A DNA stretch of 64,000 bases, taken from NCBI RefSeq assembly GCF_030144855.1, contig NC_082727.1, forward strand, positions 24,304,001 to 24,368,000, written 5' to 3'. Source of the stretch: Hypanus sabinus (Eukaryota). Below, piece by piece: positions 1 to 13,029 of this stretch. Under the pieces are notes generated by a model. The model did not search any database. It was not told where the DNA came from and worked only from the letters and a program-made list of their open reading frames with translations. The position numbers were made by a program, and so were the translations under genes. Position 1 is the first letter of the stretch. Each line of letters begins with the position of its first letter.

Positions 1-650
1 TCCAAATCATTGATATCATCATGGTCAAAAGGTCCCAGCATTGATCTGTATGGAACATCATTGGTGATGGACCTCCAGCCAGAAAGACAGCCTTTGTCCC
101 TTCCACCTCCGTCTTCTATGAGTAAGCCATTTCCAGATCCAAATTCACAATTCCCCGGAATCCCACATACCTTTATCATCCAAATCAACCTACCTTGAGG
201 AACCCGGTCAAATGCCTTACTAAGGTTCATGTAAATAATATCTGCTGCCTTACCCTCGTCAAGCTCCACTGCCACCTCTTCAAAACAATCCATCAAGTTT
301 TTAAGCATGTCCTGTCATACACAAAGCCATGCTGACTCTGTCTAAGCACACCATGCCTTTCCAGATGTGCGTGCATCCTATTCCTCAGTATCTCCTCCAA
401 TACCTTCCCTACCACTGAAGCGAAGCTCACTGGCCAATAATTCGCTGGATTATCCCTATTTTCCTTTCTGAACAAAGGCACAGCACTTGCTATTCCCCAG
501 TCCTCCAGAATCTCAGTTGTTGCTGGTGAGAATAATAAGATTTATTTCAGAGCCCATCTCCTCATTTGCTTCTTTCAATATTCTGGGATATAGGCCATCA
601 GGTCCAGGGGCCTTATCTACCTTAATGCTTATCAGAAGTCCCAGTACTTC
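1..650 (-). mobile_element. CR1 LINE ORF2 (RT) fragment, decayed
   Basis: KAPGPDGLYPRILKEA; PLFRKENRDNPANYWPVS..VVGKVLE; SQHGFV. Confidence 0.85.
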
Positions 651-689
651 CTTGGGTGATGACCAAAGCAGTCCTGGTAACAACTTAAA

Positions 690-1030
690 GCTCAACATTT
701 TAGGTACTGAGAGAAAGAGGGAGAATACAGCTACATCTGTGGAGAGAGAAATTAAAAGGGTGCCTGGCTGAAATGGTCGAACACACTGTAATGGTTAAAC
801 TTCTAAGGGTTGTGTGAAGCTCAGGAAGAAGATTGAGTGCTGTTCCTCATAATTACATTGGCGCATTGTAAGGGATCAAAGCAGGGAGGTGTTCTGCAGA
901 ATGGAGTACTGCGTTAAAATGACAAGCTGAGGGTCACCTCGGTGATCTCAGCCGAGGTGTTCTGTAAGGTGGTCACAACACGTGCGCTTTGGCTTCTCTG
1001 CCATCCACAAGACCACACTGTGAGCTCCAA
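690..1030 (-). mobile_element. Highly decayed Penelope-like GIY-YIG endonuclease remnant
   Basis: Minus strand reads DHLTEHL...HFNAVLHS and EEQHSIFFLSFTQP, resembling the C-terminal motif at 37820-37870 and 18200-18260. Confidence 0.5.
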
Positions 1031-1644
1031 ATGCAATGGTGTAAGCTGGGAGAAATACAATTTTGTCTTTGCTTTGATTGAGCAGAGATTCCTTTCTATC
1101 AAATCTCCAGATTCAGATTTATTTATCGTATGTACATCAGTGAAATGCATCGTTTGTGTTTACAACCAACATGCCCACAGATACGCTGGGACAGTCCACA
1201 AGTGTTGCCACACATTCCATTTCCGGCATAGCAAAATATTGGCAAAACCAAAGCCATTCTTTTCAAAATCCACCACCAGGATTTTCAGCACACTACCGAA
1301 TTTGTGAGGTTGAAATGTAATCCCACTTTCAAATTTAGCACATCGCCTCCATTATCTCTTCTTAGTAACCTTTATGATAATACTTCTCTTCACTATGGCG
1401 TGCACTGATCTAATGCTGAAATCTTCAAATATGACTCAGATATCTCAATCACTGCTACCACTACAGTTAATACTGTGCCTTCCCTGTTGACAGCTTTCCC
1501 TTCTCCACTATCTACAAATTTAAATTCTTCTGAATCTGTGTGTATTGCAAGGTAAGAGGGGGTAGGTTTAAGGGGGATGTGAGGGGTAAGTATTTTTTTA
1601 CTTGTTTGTGGATGCCTGAAACGCACTGCCTGCTTTAGGCATAC

Positions 1645-1828
1645 ATAAAAGGCTTTTAAGAGATGTTTGGATAACCACGTGGATATAAGGACGATGGAGG
1701 GATACGGACATGGTGTAGGTCAGTGAGGGATTAGTGTTTGGGTGTTTTTGATTTGCTTTTTAACTGGTTCAGCACAGTTTTGTGGGCCAGCTGGCCTGTT
1801 CCTGTGCTATACTCTTCTATGTTCTAAG
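1645..1828 (+). mobile_element. CR1 LINE 3' end
   Basis: Ends in ggcctgttcctgtgct...ttctatgttcta, the tail shared by many CR1 copies in the window. Confidence 0.75.
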
Positions 1829-1829
1829 A

Positions 1830-2130
1830 TTGCATGTTAGTTCATAACAAGTCCCGTCCACCAGTCACCCCAGTCCTTGCTGATATACACCAAGTCCCAG
1901 ACCAACAAAGACTCAAGTGTGAAACTTTCATCCTTTGGTTTAAGTTTCCAAATGGACTTTCCTTTCTCTATCCCTGTAATCTCTGGTGCTACAGACATCC
2001 TTTAGCTCTGCTTTCTTCCAGGTATCTTTCTATTTTCCAAATTTCTTTCATATGAGGAAGATATTCCCTAGTGCCTAAACATCTCAACCTCTCTTCATCT
2101 CTTTTAAGATGCTTCTCTTCATCAAGTGTA
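1830..2130 (+). mobile_element. L2-like LINE ORF2 3' fragment, decayed
   Basis: VTPVLADIHQVPDQQRLKCETFILWFK resembles the L2 ORF2 C-terminal ITPVL..LHWLP...R..FK motif. Confidence 0.6.
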
Positions 2131-2889
2131 GGGTTACAAATTTTAATGGCTTCTTCATAGCTTAATTTCAAGCTGGGTCTGCAATTGCTCTGGCGAAAAT
2201 ACCTTGAAATGTTTAACTGTGTTTAAGAAGATACAGAGATGCAGGCCATTATTAAACTTTCAAATATGTGTACTATACCAACACTAATGAACGAATAATA
2301 GATTTAACCATCACTCATGTGCTCACATCATTTTTGTTATTAATGACGGGGATGGTTGGCAGATTTCAGCCACTCTCTGTAGGGATTTGAATTAAAACAT
2401 GCATTTTTCAATATGTTGTGGATTTAATCCCCGCAGCCCAGCAACACGTTAAAGGAGACCATTAGCCCTGTGGATAATTTCCTCATTTGTATGACTGAAT
2501 GTGCTTAACTAGTACTTTTTTTAAAACAAAGAATGTGTTGTCCTAGTTAGGAAGAGTTCAGTGAATTACTAACACTGTCAACAGCTATTTGTATATAGAA
2601 ATAGCTGGCACAAAATAATTAATGATAACTTTTTTCCCACTACAGTAGATTTTTCTTTTCCCTAAGGATAAAGCTAACTAAGTGTTTTCCAACAAATTCC
2701 CCAACTTTTACAGAGATTAATTACTTATAAATAGAACAATATTAGCCATAGCTCATAATTCTCATACAATTGAGATGGAAAGCTGAAAGCTAGAGCTATA
2801 GACAAGCTTTTGAAAACCTATTTTGTACAGCATAGTGATTTTTAGCTATATGTGGAGTTTCATATGAATATTAATGTTAATCTGTAGTT

Positions 2890-3830
2890 AAGACCAGCAG
2901 ATAAAGGAGTAGATTCAGACTATTTGGCCCATCAAGTGTGCTTCACTATTCCATCACGGCTGATTTATTTTCCCTCTCAACCCTATTCTCCTGGCTTCTC
3001 CCCGTAACCTTTGACACTCTTACTAATCAAGCCATCTGTGGCAATGAATTCCATAGCTTCATCACCCTCTGGCTAAAGAAACTCCGCCTCATCTCTTTTT
3101 TAAAGAGCCATCCTTCTATTCTGCAAAGAGTTAGTTTGCAATTTAATTGCAGCTATTGCAGTTTTTGTTCCAGATTTCAGGTGTGTTGTATATAATTGCT
3201 CTGCTTGTATTTTATAAGCTGCTTAATAATGTGGACTGTAAGTGAATTCAGTTCCTTTTTCTCACTGGTGAATCTCCAGTACTTCTGTGCAGAGCTTCCT
3301 TCCCAGTCTGATGTTAATTGCTATTCTTTGAACAGACCCGTTGAGACATCAATTCAACTCACCGTGTCCATGCAAATAGAATTAGTATGAAGATGGGTGT
3401 CTTTCAACATCTGCCCTATAGACTTTAATGCCTAGGTGTTTAAAGTGCTGATCTATATAGCTTATTCTAAATCTATGGCTTCAAGTTTAATTTACCTCTG
3501 TTAAGAGGAAAAGTGTACTGATTCTCCTCTATCTATACCCCTCATACCACAATCTTGCCTCCCCTTAACCTCCTCCACTCTGGGAAAACATCCGCTCTGT
3601 TCTCTCCTTACAATTGAGATACTGCACCCTAAGCAACATGCTGGTGAATCTCCTCCACACCCTCTCCAGCTCCATCACATCCTTCCTATGACGGGGGGAC
3701 AAGAACTGCTCACAGTACTCCAGCTGAGGTTGACTGATATTGTATAAGGTCAGAGTATGACCTCTCTGCTCTTCGACCCAATTCCCCCAACCAATAAAGC
3801 ACAATATCCTATAAACCTTCTTAATTACGA
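2890..3830 (-). mobile_element. Two CR1 3' fragments (about 2890-3125 and 3520-3830)
   Basis: LEYCEQFLSPRHRKDVMELERVWRRFTSML and CR1 tail motifs. Confidence 0.75.
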
Positions 3831-3839
3831 TATCTACTG

Positions 3840-4065
3840 AGATTCCCACTGCTGTCTGTAAGGAGTTTGTACGTTCTCCCCATGACCACGTCGGCTTTCT
3901 CCGGGTGCTCTGGTATCCTCCCACAACCCAAAGACAGACCAGTTGATAGGTTTACTGGTTGTAGTAAATAGTCCAGTGATTAGGCTGGTGTTAAATCAGT
4001 GGATTGCTGTGACATGGATTGAAGGGCCAGAAGGGCCTATTCTGTGCTGTATATCAATAAATAAC
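3840..4065 (+). mobile_element. V-SINE (HE1-like) with CR1-derived tail
   Basis: V-domain core ttctccgggtgctctggtatcctcccac; 3' gggccagaagggcctattctgtgctgtat. Confidence 0.75.
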
Positions 4066-5119
4066 AATATAAAAATGTGTCTACTTTAAGGGTTATAGAA
4101 CATAGAAAACAAGATTCTCAGGCCTGCACAGGCAAACACCTCTCAGTCTCTACCCAGCTAACAGGGATCACCTGCCAGTCGTTTTCAATTCATCACCTGA
4201 AGGCAATTTAAATCCAGCTCCCATCTGCAATCTGTGCACACTTATATGAACGAGCTGCCCCAGCCTCCAGTTACCTTGTCGAGTTAAGTATATGTTCTCT
4301 CTTGTTTTGTGATGCCTACTGGCTTATTATTTTGCAGTTTCTTAGGAAAACGTCCTTTACTGCTAAATCATCTCTGCTGCTCTGCTTTTGGGCCAGGCCT
4401 CTACATTATCCGACAGGATGCATGAACCAATGATTAACCCTGCAGAGTCTGCTCGTCTAAAGGAGAAGAGCAGATGATCCTGGAGCAGCAGGAAACCATT
4501 GACCATCAGTTCACCATTGCCATCTGCTCTCTATCTCAATACAGCAACCCCCCCCGTGACAGTCAGCCTTCACCCTTGGAGCCCGGATTCCAGTACCTGA
4601 ATGCTAAACGCCAGGCCACTATATCCTGTCCCAGTGCATCTTGCACTTCGAGCTTCAGCCATCTCTGTATATTACGGGCTGAGCCAAAGTTGCCTTCGTC
4701 ATTTCTCTCTTGACCGGGAGAGCTCTAACTTGGGCTCTCGCTAACTGGGACAAAGCAAAATCATTTGCAGCCAATATGAAGGTTTTACTGCAGAGCCACA
4801 CAGGTTTTCGACCATCAGGAAGGTGGATGTGGGGCAGCGGATTGTATACTTCGCCTGGGTCAAGGCTCATTCTCAGTGCTGACTGCACTGCGGAATTCAG
4901 GACCCTTGAGGCAGAGTGCGGCTGGAATGGTGGTTGGCCCATTACCACCATCCCCTCTCCCAGCGCTTGAAAGATAAACTGACTACCTGGGAGATGCCCA
5001 CCGACCTAGACAGCCTCATCACTCTGGTCCCCTGAAATGACAAGCATCTTACGGAGCAACCCTGCAGATCATCAGCTAGAACCCCAGTTCCATTCCCAGA
5101 ACCACTTCAGGCTGCAGGC

Positions 5120-5730
5120 TAAAATTCCCTCTAAGGAATGAGCACACACATCTTTTGCTACTAGCACACAGGGGTTTTTAAACTGCACACAAAAGGTTGT
5201 CACTCTCTTCCTTGTTGGCATGTTAAGTACATTTCAAGGTCGTATTTCCTTTTCCAGTTTCTGATACAGACAGTGTTGACGACATGGAGTCTGTGATCAT
5301 TTGTCTGCAGATTTTAGATCTGGCTTATTTATACTGTTCTTATTGATTCACCGTGTCAAATTCCAAAGAAGCAAATGGCATGAAGCACAAAAGGACAGAT
5401 AGTTCATTTAAATTGGAACGGTTTAATGAAACAGTAGAAACTGCTACACCGAGAGCTCATGAGGTCAGGAATGTGCAGCTGTCAGAAATATTTATGCACA
5501 ATACAGAAACTGGTGTTACCTGCATGTGTTGTTTGCAATGCAAAAGTTACTGGAGAATTCGCTAGTGGTAAGAAATGAAGTGATATTTGGAAAGTTGACC
5601 TTTTAAAGCATCATTTAGCAAGCAAATCTCACATAGATTGTGCACAAGATCTTAGTGTGGTAATCCTTCACTCCCGCTACAGGCCTGCTGAGTGTGTTTT
5701 GTGAGGGCAGATGAATGAGAACGAGAGCGA
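5120..5730 (+). mobile_element. hAT-like DNA transposon 5' fragment nested in the chromovirus
   Basis: Starts near ttccctctaag. Decayed ORF ...TCMCCLQC...IWKVDLLKHHLASKSH resembles the N-terminal zinc finger of hAT transposases. Confidence 0.5.
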
Positions 5731-6331
5731 TCAAACCCAGAGGTTTTGCTTGCTGTTAAAATGAATGCTCACTGCCTCTGGGAAAACCGGACCACCAGGT
5801 GGAGACGATTGGCTCTGTTCTGGTAAGCTACCCCCGTACTCCCGTTCCAGCACCATAGTCTGACTCGTGTCTGTCTTCCACAACCCGATGACTCTACACA
5901 CGTTGGAGGCTCCGGTGCTCAATAGGCAGCTTTTTGGACTGGAGTTTGTGTGTAGCCTGGACTCCTTACCGAGCTCATCTCTCACCACTTCAATGCGATT
6001 GGGAAGAGTCGCGAGGTCATCCAATTCCTTCTTATCGACTCACCCCACATTCCCCTCATCTTAGCTTACCCCTCACTTTCCACTCATGACCCTCACTTTG
6101 CCTAGTCACTGCCGAGTAGTGGGCCCACCCTCTGGAACACCTGCCTTGCAACTTCAGCTGACTTTGTCCTGCAAGTCCGTGGAGACGGAGAAAACTCTCG
6201 GAAGTTCCCACAGGAAAACCACGATTTAGCCATCGCCCGCAGTAAAGGCGAAGCCAGCACCATGCCGCCTCACACACTACACGACAGTGTAATTGACCTC
6301 CTCCCCGGCAACACTCATCCCCAGGGTCCTC

Positions 6332-9315
6332 TAGAAACATCGAAACATAGAAGACCTGCAGCACAATACAGGCCCTTTGGCCCACAAAGTTTTGCCAAAC
6401 ATGCCCCTACCTTAAAAATTTTTTAGGGTTACCCATAGCCCTCTATTTTTCTAAGCTCCATGTACCTATCCAAAAGTCATTTAAAAGACCCTATCGTATC
6501 CACCTCCACCACCTTTGCCGGCAGCCCATTCCACGCACTCACCACTCTGAGTGAGTGAGTGCACTCACCACTCACCACTCTGAGGCATGCTCCCCAATCC
6601 AGGCAACATCCTTGTAAATCTCCTCTGCACCCTTTCTATGGCTACCACATCCTTCCTGTAGTGAGACAGCCAGAACTGAGCACACTACACCAAGTTGGGT
6701 CTGACCACGGTCCCATATAGCTGCAACATTACCTCTCAGCTCCAAAATTCAATTCCACAATTGATGAATACGCCTTCTTAACCACAGAGTCAACCTGCAC
6801 AGCTGCTTTGAGTGTCCTTTGGAATCGGACCCCAAGATCTCTCTGATCCTCCACATGGCCAAGAGTCTTACCATTAATACTATATTCTGCCATCATATTT
6901 GACCTACCAAAATGAACCACTTCACACTTATCTGGGTTGAGCTCCATCTGCCACTTCTCAACCCAGTTTTGCATCCTATCAATGTCCCGCTGTAACCTCT
7001 AACAGCCCTCCACACTATCCACAGTACCTCCAACGTTTGTGTCATCAAGTTTACTAAAACGATCCCTCCACTTCCTCATCCAGGTCATTTATAAAAATTA
7101 CAAAGAATAAGGGTTGCAGAACAGATCCCTGAAGCACTCCACTGGTCACCATTGTCCATGCAGAATATGACCCGTGGGCAAGCCAGTTCTGGATCCACAA
7201 AGCAATGTCCCCTTGGATCCCATGTCTCCTTACTTTCTCAATAACCCTTGCATGGGGACCTTATCGAATGCCTTGCTGAAATTCATATACACTACATCTA
7301 CTGCTCTTCCTTCATCAATGTGTTTAATCACATCCTCAAAAAATTCAATCAAGCTCATAAGGCACATCCTGCCCTTGACAAACCCATGCTGACTATTCCT
7401 AATCATATTATACCTCTCCAAATGTTCATAAATCTTGCCTCTCAGGATCTTCTCCATCAATTTACCAACCACTGAAGTAAGACGCACTGGTCTATAATTT
7501 CCTGGGCTATCCCTACTCCCTTTCTTGAATAAGGGAACAACATCCGCAACCCTCCAATCCTCTGGAACCTCTCCTATCCCCATTGATGATGCAAAGATCA
7601 TCGCCAGAGACTCAGCAATCTCCTCCCTTGCCTCCCACAGTAGCCTGGGGTACATCTCATCCGGTCCCAGCAACTTATCCAACTTGATGCTTTCCAAAAG
7701 CTCCAGCACATCCTCTTTCTTAATTTCTACATGCTCAAGCTTTTCAGTCTGCTGAAAGTCATCACTACAATCACCAAGATCCTTTTCCATAGTGAATACT
7801 GAAGTAAAGTATTCATTAAGTACCTCTGCTATTTCCTCCAGTTGCATACACACTTTTCCGCAGTCACACTTGATAGGTCCTATTCTCATGGCCCCTTCTG
7901 GCTCTCCTAATTTCCTTTTTTGGCTCCTTCTTATTAGCCTTATAATCTTCTAGATCTCTAACATAACCTAGCTGTCTGAACCTTTTGTAAGTTTTGCTTT
8001 TCTTCTTGACTAGATTTACTACAACCTTTGTACACCATGGTTCCTGTACCATATCATAACTTCCCTGTCTCATTAGAATGTACCTATGCAGACCTCCACA
8101 CAAATATCCTCTGAACATTGCCACATTTCTTTCATACTTTTCCCTGAGAACATCTGTTTCCAGTTTAAGCTTCCAATTTCCTGCCTGACAGCCTTATAAT
8201 TCCCCTTACTCCAATTAAATGCTTTTCTAACTTGTCTGTTGCTATCTTTCTCCAATGCTGTTGTAACAGAGATAGAATTATGATCCCTATCTCCAAAATG
8301 CTCTCCCACTGAGAGATCTGACACCTGAGCAAGTTCATTTCCCAATACCAGATCAAGTACAGTTTTTCCTCTTGTAGGCTTATCTACATATTGTGTCAAG
8401 GAACCTTCCTGAACACAGCTAACAAACTCAACCCCATTGAAACCCCTCACTCTAGGGAGATGCCAATCGACATCACGACAACTCTGTTATTATTACACCT
8501 TTCAAGGATCTGTTTCACTATCGATATCCTTGTTACTATTGGGTGGACTATAAAAAACACCCAGTAGAGTTATTGACCCCTTCTTGTTCCTAACCTCCAC
8601 CCACAGAGACTCCGTAGATAATCCCTCCGTGATGCCCACCTTTATCTACAGCCATGACACTATCTCTGATCAACAGTGCCACGCCCCCACCTCTTTTGCC
8701 TCCCTCCCTGTCCTTTCTGAAACATCTAAAACCCGGCATTTGAAGTAACCAATCCTGTCCTCGAACTATCCAAGTCTCTGTAATGGCCACCACATCATAG
8801 CTTCAAGTACTGATTCACACTCTAAGCTCATCCACTTTGATCACAATACTCCTTGCGTTAAAATAGACGCATCTCAAACCGTCAGTCTGAGCGCATCCAT
8901 TCTCTATCACCTGCCTATCCTCCCTCTTGCACTGTCTCCAAGATTTCTCTATTTGTGAGCCAACAGCCTCTTTCCCACTGTTTTTAGTTTGGTTCCCAGC
9001 CCCCAACAATTCTAGTTTAAACTCTCCCAGTCTCTCTCTGGTTTGCCTTAGCAAACCACCCCGCCAGGACATTGGTCCCTCTGGGATTCAAGTGCAACTC
9101 ACCCTTTTTGTACAGGTCTTACCTGCCCCAAAAGAGGTCCCAATGATCCAGAAATCTGAATCCCTGCCCCCTGCTCCAATCCCTCAGCCATGCATCTATC
9201 CTCCACCTCGTTCTATTCCTATACTCACTGCCACGTGGCACAGGTAGTAATCTCGAGATTACTGCCTCTGAGGTCCTGCTTCTCAACTTCCTTCCTGACT
9301 CCCTGTGGTCTGTTT
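6332..9315 (-). mobile_element. Long CR1 LINE (ORF1 esterase 3' end, APE endonuclease, RT, 3' tail) with internal deletions, nested in the chromovirus
   Basis: LHLNPRGTNVL (ORF1); YFNARSI, VAITETW, GGGVALL, PTRGKTVLDLVL (APE); NYRPVRLTSVVGK, SQHGFVKGR, FSKAFDKVP (RT); catagaa tail at 6332-6350. Confidence 0.92.
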
Positions 9316-10587
9316 TCCAACTTCACTCCTGAGACACACGCCACAAATGGCTACATTGTTGAAGCACTAGCATGGCATCATTCGACCATCTCAGTCTCCA
9401 GCCAGTGCAGGATTCTTCTTCATCAAGCAGAAAAGTGGGAGTTTTTATCACTGCATTAATACCATGGACTCAACAAACGCTACCCTCTCACCTTAATGGA
9501 TGGCGCACTCAAAGCACTCCACACAACACCAACCTTCATCAAACTGGGTCTACCGAGCATACATCCGCCAGAGGGATGAGTTGGAGACGGCATTCATAAC
9601 ATCCACTGGCCACTAGGAATACCTGGTGATGCCTTTCGGACTTTTCAACAGTCCAACTGTTTTGCTTTCCTCTAAGACATGCTGCACATGTATGTGTTAG
9701 TCCACCTTGATGACATCCTCATTTTCAACAACGACCCCAGACCACATCTGTCACATCCGTTCAGTCTTCATTGTCCCCTCAAAACCAAAGCAGTTTAGAG
9801 ATAAGCCCCAGCCATGTCTTTCCTGGGTTACTTCCTTTCACTCTAAGGCACAACCATGGACCCAAATACTGTGCACACTGTCGATGAATGGTCCCGACTG
9901 TGTTCCCTCAGTTACTGAGACTTTTCCAACTTCTGTCACCCTTTCATCAGAAACTACGACCAAATCGCCACTTCTTTAACCTGCCTCACCAAATCAGCTA
10001 CCTCACGGATAACCTGCTGCCACACATCATGCTTTTGAGGAGTTCAAGATGCTTCGCCATCGGTTACATTCTCCGCCCTCTGGACCTTTTGTAGAAGTGA
10101 ATGCATCAGACGTGGGTTTTGGGGACATCCCCTTCCAGCGAGGACTGGATGGGAAGGCACACCCTTGTGCTTTCTTCTCACGCAAGCTCAACTTTGTACA
10201 ATGCCGTTATGGGGTAGGAGACAGGGACTACTCACTATCAAATGGAGCTTGAAGGTATGGAGACATTGACTAATGGAAAACAAAATCCTTCCTGACCATC
10301 AAAATCTCATATCCATTCAACAGACCAGCTGACTCAACCCACATCAGGCTTACTAGGCCCTCTTCTCCGTGCAACTCAACTTCACCATCTCCTACTGACC
10401 CAGCGTCAATAACACTGTTGGACTCTCTGTCATGACAGTATGACCCAGCTGAAATGGAGATCGGCTCTCAGCCCATCATTCCATCCTCCCAAAATCCTCA
10501 CCCGGATTGTCTGTGATCTTGAGAATGCGATTGGTCAGGCTCTATGACCAAAGCCTGCTCCGGCCAACACACTTGACAACTGCATGT

Positions 10588-11485
10588 GCGACTAGGCATA
10601 GCTCAAATGTCATCAATAAATTTGCTGATGATACAACCATTGTTGGTAGAATCAGAGGTGGTGATGAGAGGGTGCACAGGAGTGAGATATACCAGCTAGT
10701 GAAGTGGTGCCGCAGCAACGACCTGGCACTCAACGTCAGTAAGACAAAAGAGCTGATTGTGGACTTCAGGAAGGGTAAGACGAAGGAACACATACCAATC
10801 GTCATAGAGGGGTCAGAAGTGGAGAGAGTGAGCAGTTTCAAGTTCCTGGGTGTCGAGATCTCTGAGGATCTAACCTGGTCCCAACATATCGATACAGTTA
10901 TAAAGAAGGCAAGGCAGCAGCTATACTTTATTAGGATTTTGAAGAGATTTAGTATGTCAACAAATACACTCAAAAACTTCTATAGTTATACCGTGGAGAG
11001 CATTCTGACAGGCTGCATCACTGTCTCGTACAGGGGGGCTACTGCACATGACTGAAAGAAGCTGCAGAAGTCAGCTCCATCTTGGGTACTAGCCTACAAA
11101 GTAACCAGGACATCTTCGGCAGTGGTGTCTCAGAAAAGCAGCGTCCATTATTAAGGACCTCCAGCAACCAGGGCATGCCCTTTTCTCACTGTTACCATCA
11201 AGTAGGAGGTACAGAAGCCTGAAGGCACACACTCAGTGATTCAGGAACAACTCCTTCCCCTCTGCCATCCGATTCCTAAATGGACATTGAACCATTGGAC
11301 ACTACCTCCCTTTTTTAATATATAATATTTCTGTTTTTTGCATATTTTTAAAATCTGTTCCAATACATATATTGTAATTGATTTACTTATTTTTTTCTCT
11401 CTTCTATATTATGTATTGCATTGAACAGCTGCTGCTAAGTTAACAAATTTCACAACACGTGCCGGTGATATCAAACCTGATTCTG
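10588..11485 (+). mobile_element. 5'-truncated Rex1/Babar LINE nested in chromovirus pol
   Basis: KFADDTTIVG..LNVSKTKELIVDFRK..FKFLGV.ISEDLTWS; ctgattctg tail; atgt on both flanks (possible TSD). Confidence 0.88.
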
Positions 11486-13029
11486 ATGTACATGTGTAGG
11501 CGGCCGTACGTTCTGAAACACTCCAGTGGGCCCACTCCTTGCCTCTCTTTGGCCATTCAGCTCGTGATAGAATCGGTGACACCAGTTCTGGTGGCTCAGC
11601 ATGATTGCAGATATACATCAGTTCATTGCTGCCTGCCCTCAATATGTCCAATCCAATTACTCCAACCAGTGGCCCTCTGTTGGACCAACCCCTGTTGGTC
11701 CCTCAGTGATGGTGGACGCACATTGCTATGAACATCATCATGAGTTTTCCACCCTCTGATGGGGCCACAGTGATTACTACAGTACTGGACCTATTCTCAA
11801 AGGTGGTGCACTTCATTACCCTTCCTGGAGCTCCGTCAACTGTTGAGTCAGCAGATCTGGTTCTCCAACATGAACTTCACCACCACAGCTTTCCCCAGGA
11901 CAATGTGTTGGACCAGGGCCCACAATTTGTCTCCTGCTTCTGATGAACCTTCTGCTCCCTCCTCCATGTCTCAGTGAGTTTGTCCTCTGGCTATCTTCTG
12001 CAGACCAATGGACAGTCAGTTAGCCAATCAGTGACTGGAGAGGTTTCCACAATGCTTCTAACCCTTTCACATGGAAGAAATATCTGTCCTGGGCCAAACA
12101 GCCCCACAGTCCGCGCACTACCTCTGCCACAGGTGTGTCACCTTTTTTGAAGTGCTTCATGTTCTACCAACTCCCCCTTGCTCCCTGCAGAGGACCTAAC
12201 AATGGAGGTCCTGTCTTTAAGACCTGGTTTGCTGCTGCCAGAATGCTTGGAAGAGGGCATGGAGACCTGTCCTAGCTGCTAACCATTCCTACTGTCACCA
12301 GGCCAACTGTCAGCCAGACTACTCCGGCCTGGTAACGGTGTATGGCTAGCCACCCGAGCTCCACTCCTTCACATTAACTCCAGCCAGTTCTCACTCCAGT
12401 TCATTGGTACCTCCAAAACATCAATCCAGTCACTTGCCATCTCCAGCTGCCACCATCCCTCAGGATCCAGGTGTCGTTCCTCAAGCCTGTAGTCCATGGA
12501 ACACTCAGCCCAGCTGAGCCTGCATCTGTGGAGCCTAAGATGGAGGTTTGTGCAGTGTACATGACTTGCCATTTGATGAATTCACATCATGGTGGAGGGA
12601 TGTTGATTGGGAAGGGTACAGTCCCGAGTAGAGGCCTTGGGTGCCACCGAGTTTCACCTTGAATTCATTATTCAGGAGTTCCACCAGATTGCCCTGTAGG
12701 AGGTGAAATCCTGTCAGCCCTGCACAGGCAGACACTTCCCAGTCTCTGCCCAGCTAACAGGAGTCTCCTGTGAATCATTTCCAACTCATCACCTGCAGCC
12801 TATTTAAACCCAGCACTCATCCACAATCCTTGTTCATTCAAGTGAACCAGCCAGCCTCAACCAGCTGCTCTGACCCATCAGTTACCTTGTTGTGTTAGGT
12901 ATCTGTTCCCACTTGCTTTGTGTCCCCTCCTAGCTTGTTATTTTGCAGTTTATTAGTAAAATATCATTTACTGCTAAATCGTCTCCACTGCTCTGCTTTT
13001 GGGTCAAGCCTCCTCCACATTCCTGGACA

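Larger units (their letters stand above)
4116..13029 (+). mobile_element. Decayed full-length chromovirus/Sushi-like Ty3/Gypsy LTR retrotransposon (LTRs about 4116-4415 and 12712-13029) with nested insertions
   Basis: Diverged direct-repeat LTRs. Gag LTGRALTWA and EFRTLEAECGWN; RT EYLVMPFGL and LDDILIF; RNase H VEVNASDVG and HPCAFFSRKL; integrase DLFSKVVHF and DQGPQF; chromodomain VDWEGYSPE*RPWVP near 12600-12650. Splits a CR1 tail. Confidence 0.85.
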
